DNA of 64,000 nt. Source: an uncultured Gammaproteobacteria bacterium. Its GTDB lineage: Bacteria > Pseudomonadota > Gammaproteobacteria > Steroidobacterales > Steroidobacteraceae. The notes beneath the pieces were generated by a model. The model did no database searches. It was not told the origin of the DNA and saw only the letters and a program-made list of their open reading frames with translations. Shown piece by piece: positions 62,943 to 64,000 of the stretch. Position numbers and translations under genes: made by a program. Numbering within the stretch: the stretch's first letter is position 1; each line of letters starts with the position of its first letter. The stretch covers positions 224,713-288,712 of the forward strand of contig CAVVJB010000009.1 of NCBI GenBank assembly GCA_963748465.1, given 5' to 3'.

Positions 62943-63466
62943 TCCGCCGGAACCGCGGCAGCAGGGACCATCACCTGCACAAGCGTGAGGACGCCGAGCT
63001 CAACCTGATTCCCCTGATCGACATCCTTTCGGTGATGGTGGCCTTCCTGCTCGTCTATTCCGTTGACGTCGAAGTCGTGCAGAACTCCAAGGGTGTGGAG
63101 ATCCCGCAGTCGACGGCGGATGTGCTGCCAAACCAGTCGGTCGTGGTGATGATCACCCGCGAGCAGCTGTTCGTGCAGGGCGAGCTCGTGGCGGACATCG
63201 CCGAAGTAGAGCGGGCCGAGGAGGCGTACATCGGGCCGCTGCTGGCGGTGCTCGCGCGGCCGATGGTCGGCGTCGAAGCAGACGCCGAGTCGCAGCAGGC
63301 GGCGCTCGCAAGCCGCGAGATCACGGTCGTGGCCGACAAGTCGCTTCCCTACGAAGTGGTCAAGAAGGTGATGGCGACCTGCACCTCGGCGGCCTACGGC
63401 CGCATCTCGCTGGCGGTGATCCAGAAGGACAGGCCCGCCGGCATCCACGGCGCCGCCGCGACCTGA
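62939..63466 (+). CDS. ExbD/TolR-family protein (paralogue 2)
   Basis: ATGA overlap with paralogue 1. LNLIPLIDILSVMVAFLL carries the conserved Asp. Confidence 0.8.
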   Translation: MIRRNRGSRDHHLHKREDAELNLIPLIDILSVMVAFLLVYSVDVEVVQNSKGVEIPQSTADVLPNQSVVVMITREQLFVQGELVADIAEVERAEEAYIGPLLAVLARPMVGVEADAESQQAALASREITVVADKSLPYEVVKKVMATCTSAAYGRISLAVIQKDRPAGIHGAAAT

Positions 63467-63515
63467 GGTCATGACGTGAGCGCGCAACCCACAATTCCAA
63501 GCCGCAGGTGCTTCC

Positions 63516-64000
63516 ATGGATTCCGAGACCAACCAGGACAGCCAGGCGCTCCTGCCGCAGCTTGCCGAGGTCCGCGAGAAGCTCGACGGGCTCGTCGCGG
63601 ACCTGCGCGGCGCCGAGGCCGAGCTCGCGGCCCTCGCGCCGCAGCGTGAACAGCACGGCCTCGTGTCCGACGCCTGCGACGCGCTCGAGAAGCTGCGTGA
63701 GACGGGCGGAGCCGGCCTGTTCTGGGGCGAGCGCGACGTGTCGTCGGCCGACGAGCAGCTGCGCCGCGCGCGCGACCGCTCCAACGTTTTCGGGAAGCAC
63801 GTCGGCGGCATCGAGGACAGGCGCCGGTCGCTGATCGGGCGGATCCGGGAGCACGAGTTCCAGGCCGGCATCATCGAGGACGACCTGTTCGAGGCGCAGG
63901 AAGAGGAGGAGCTTCGCAAGCTCGACTGGATCATCGAGCGCGAGCTCAAGGAGCTGCCGGCGCGCGAGCTGGTCATGCCGTGGACGCGTCGCGGCGAGGA
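63516..64000 (+). CDS. acidic coiled-coil protein, 5' part only (runs off the right edge)
   Basis: ATG at 63516 five nt after AGGTG. The frame stays open to the window end with high third-position GC. MDSETNQDSQALLPQLAEVREKLDGLVADLRGAEAELAAL.. has no signal peptide or TM in the first 161 aa. Absent from the track because there is no stop. Confidence 0.5.
   Translation, partial: MDSETNQDSQALLPQLAEVREKLDGLVADLRGAEAELAALAPQREQHGLVSDACDALEKLRETGGAGLFWGERDVSSADEQLRRARDRSNVFGKHVGGIEDRRRSLIGRIREHEFQAGIIEDDLFEAQEEEELRKLDWIIERELKELPARELVMPWTRRGE

Overview
High-GC (about two-thirds G+C by eye) proteobacterial chromosome segment. I found no rRNA, tRNA, CRISPR array, IS element or integrase. Gene content and synteny (dusB-fis, purH-purD, prmA-accC-accB-aroQ, dsbD, groESL with a sigma32-type promoter plus a CIRCE-like element, trxA-rho, exbB-exbD-exbD) suggest a gammaproteobacterium of the Xanthomonadales/Nevskiales type; this placement is inference only. 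About 60 CDS are supported, mostly housekeeping, and many are translationally coupled through ATGA-type overlaps. The most interesting locus is at 55.0-64.0 kb. A leader RNA matching the c-di-GMP-I (GEMM) riboswitch sits in front of an operon of at least nine genes. That operon encodes five exported coiled-coil/TPR proteins, one ExbB/TolQ-type and two ExbD/TolR-type motor subunits, and a cytoplasmic coiled-coil protein. No TonB-dependent receptor is visible. This is a Tol/Ton/Agl-Glt-like envelope machine of unknown function. Other points of interest are an orphan contractile-tail-sheath gene with no other tail genes, a DUF1302-DUF1329-BNR-RND envelope module, and a terminator-bounded candidate small RNA followed by an 18-bp perfect palindrome over a start codon. 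There is also a possible RGG-rich N-terminal extension of Rho. Four reading-frame anomalies are present: purH, a zinc-ribbon/DUF3426 gene, the large TPR gene, and an in-frame MscS-ArfB read-through. Together these may indicate indel errors in the assembly. All family assignments come from reading the translations by eye; no searches were run.
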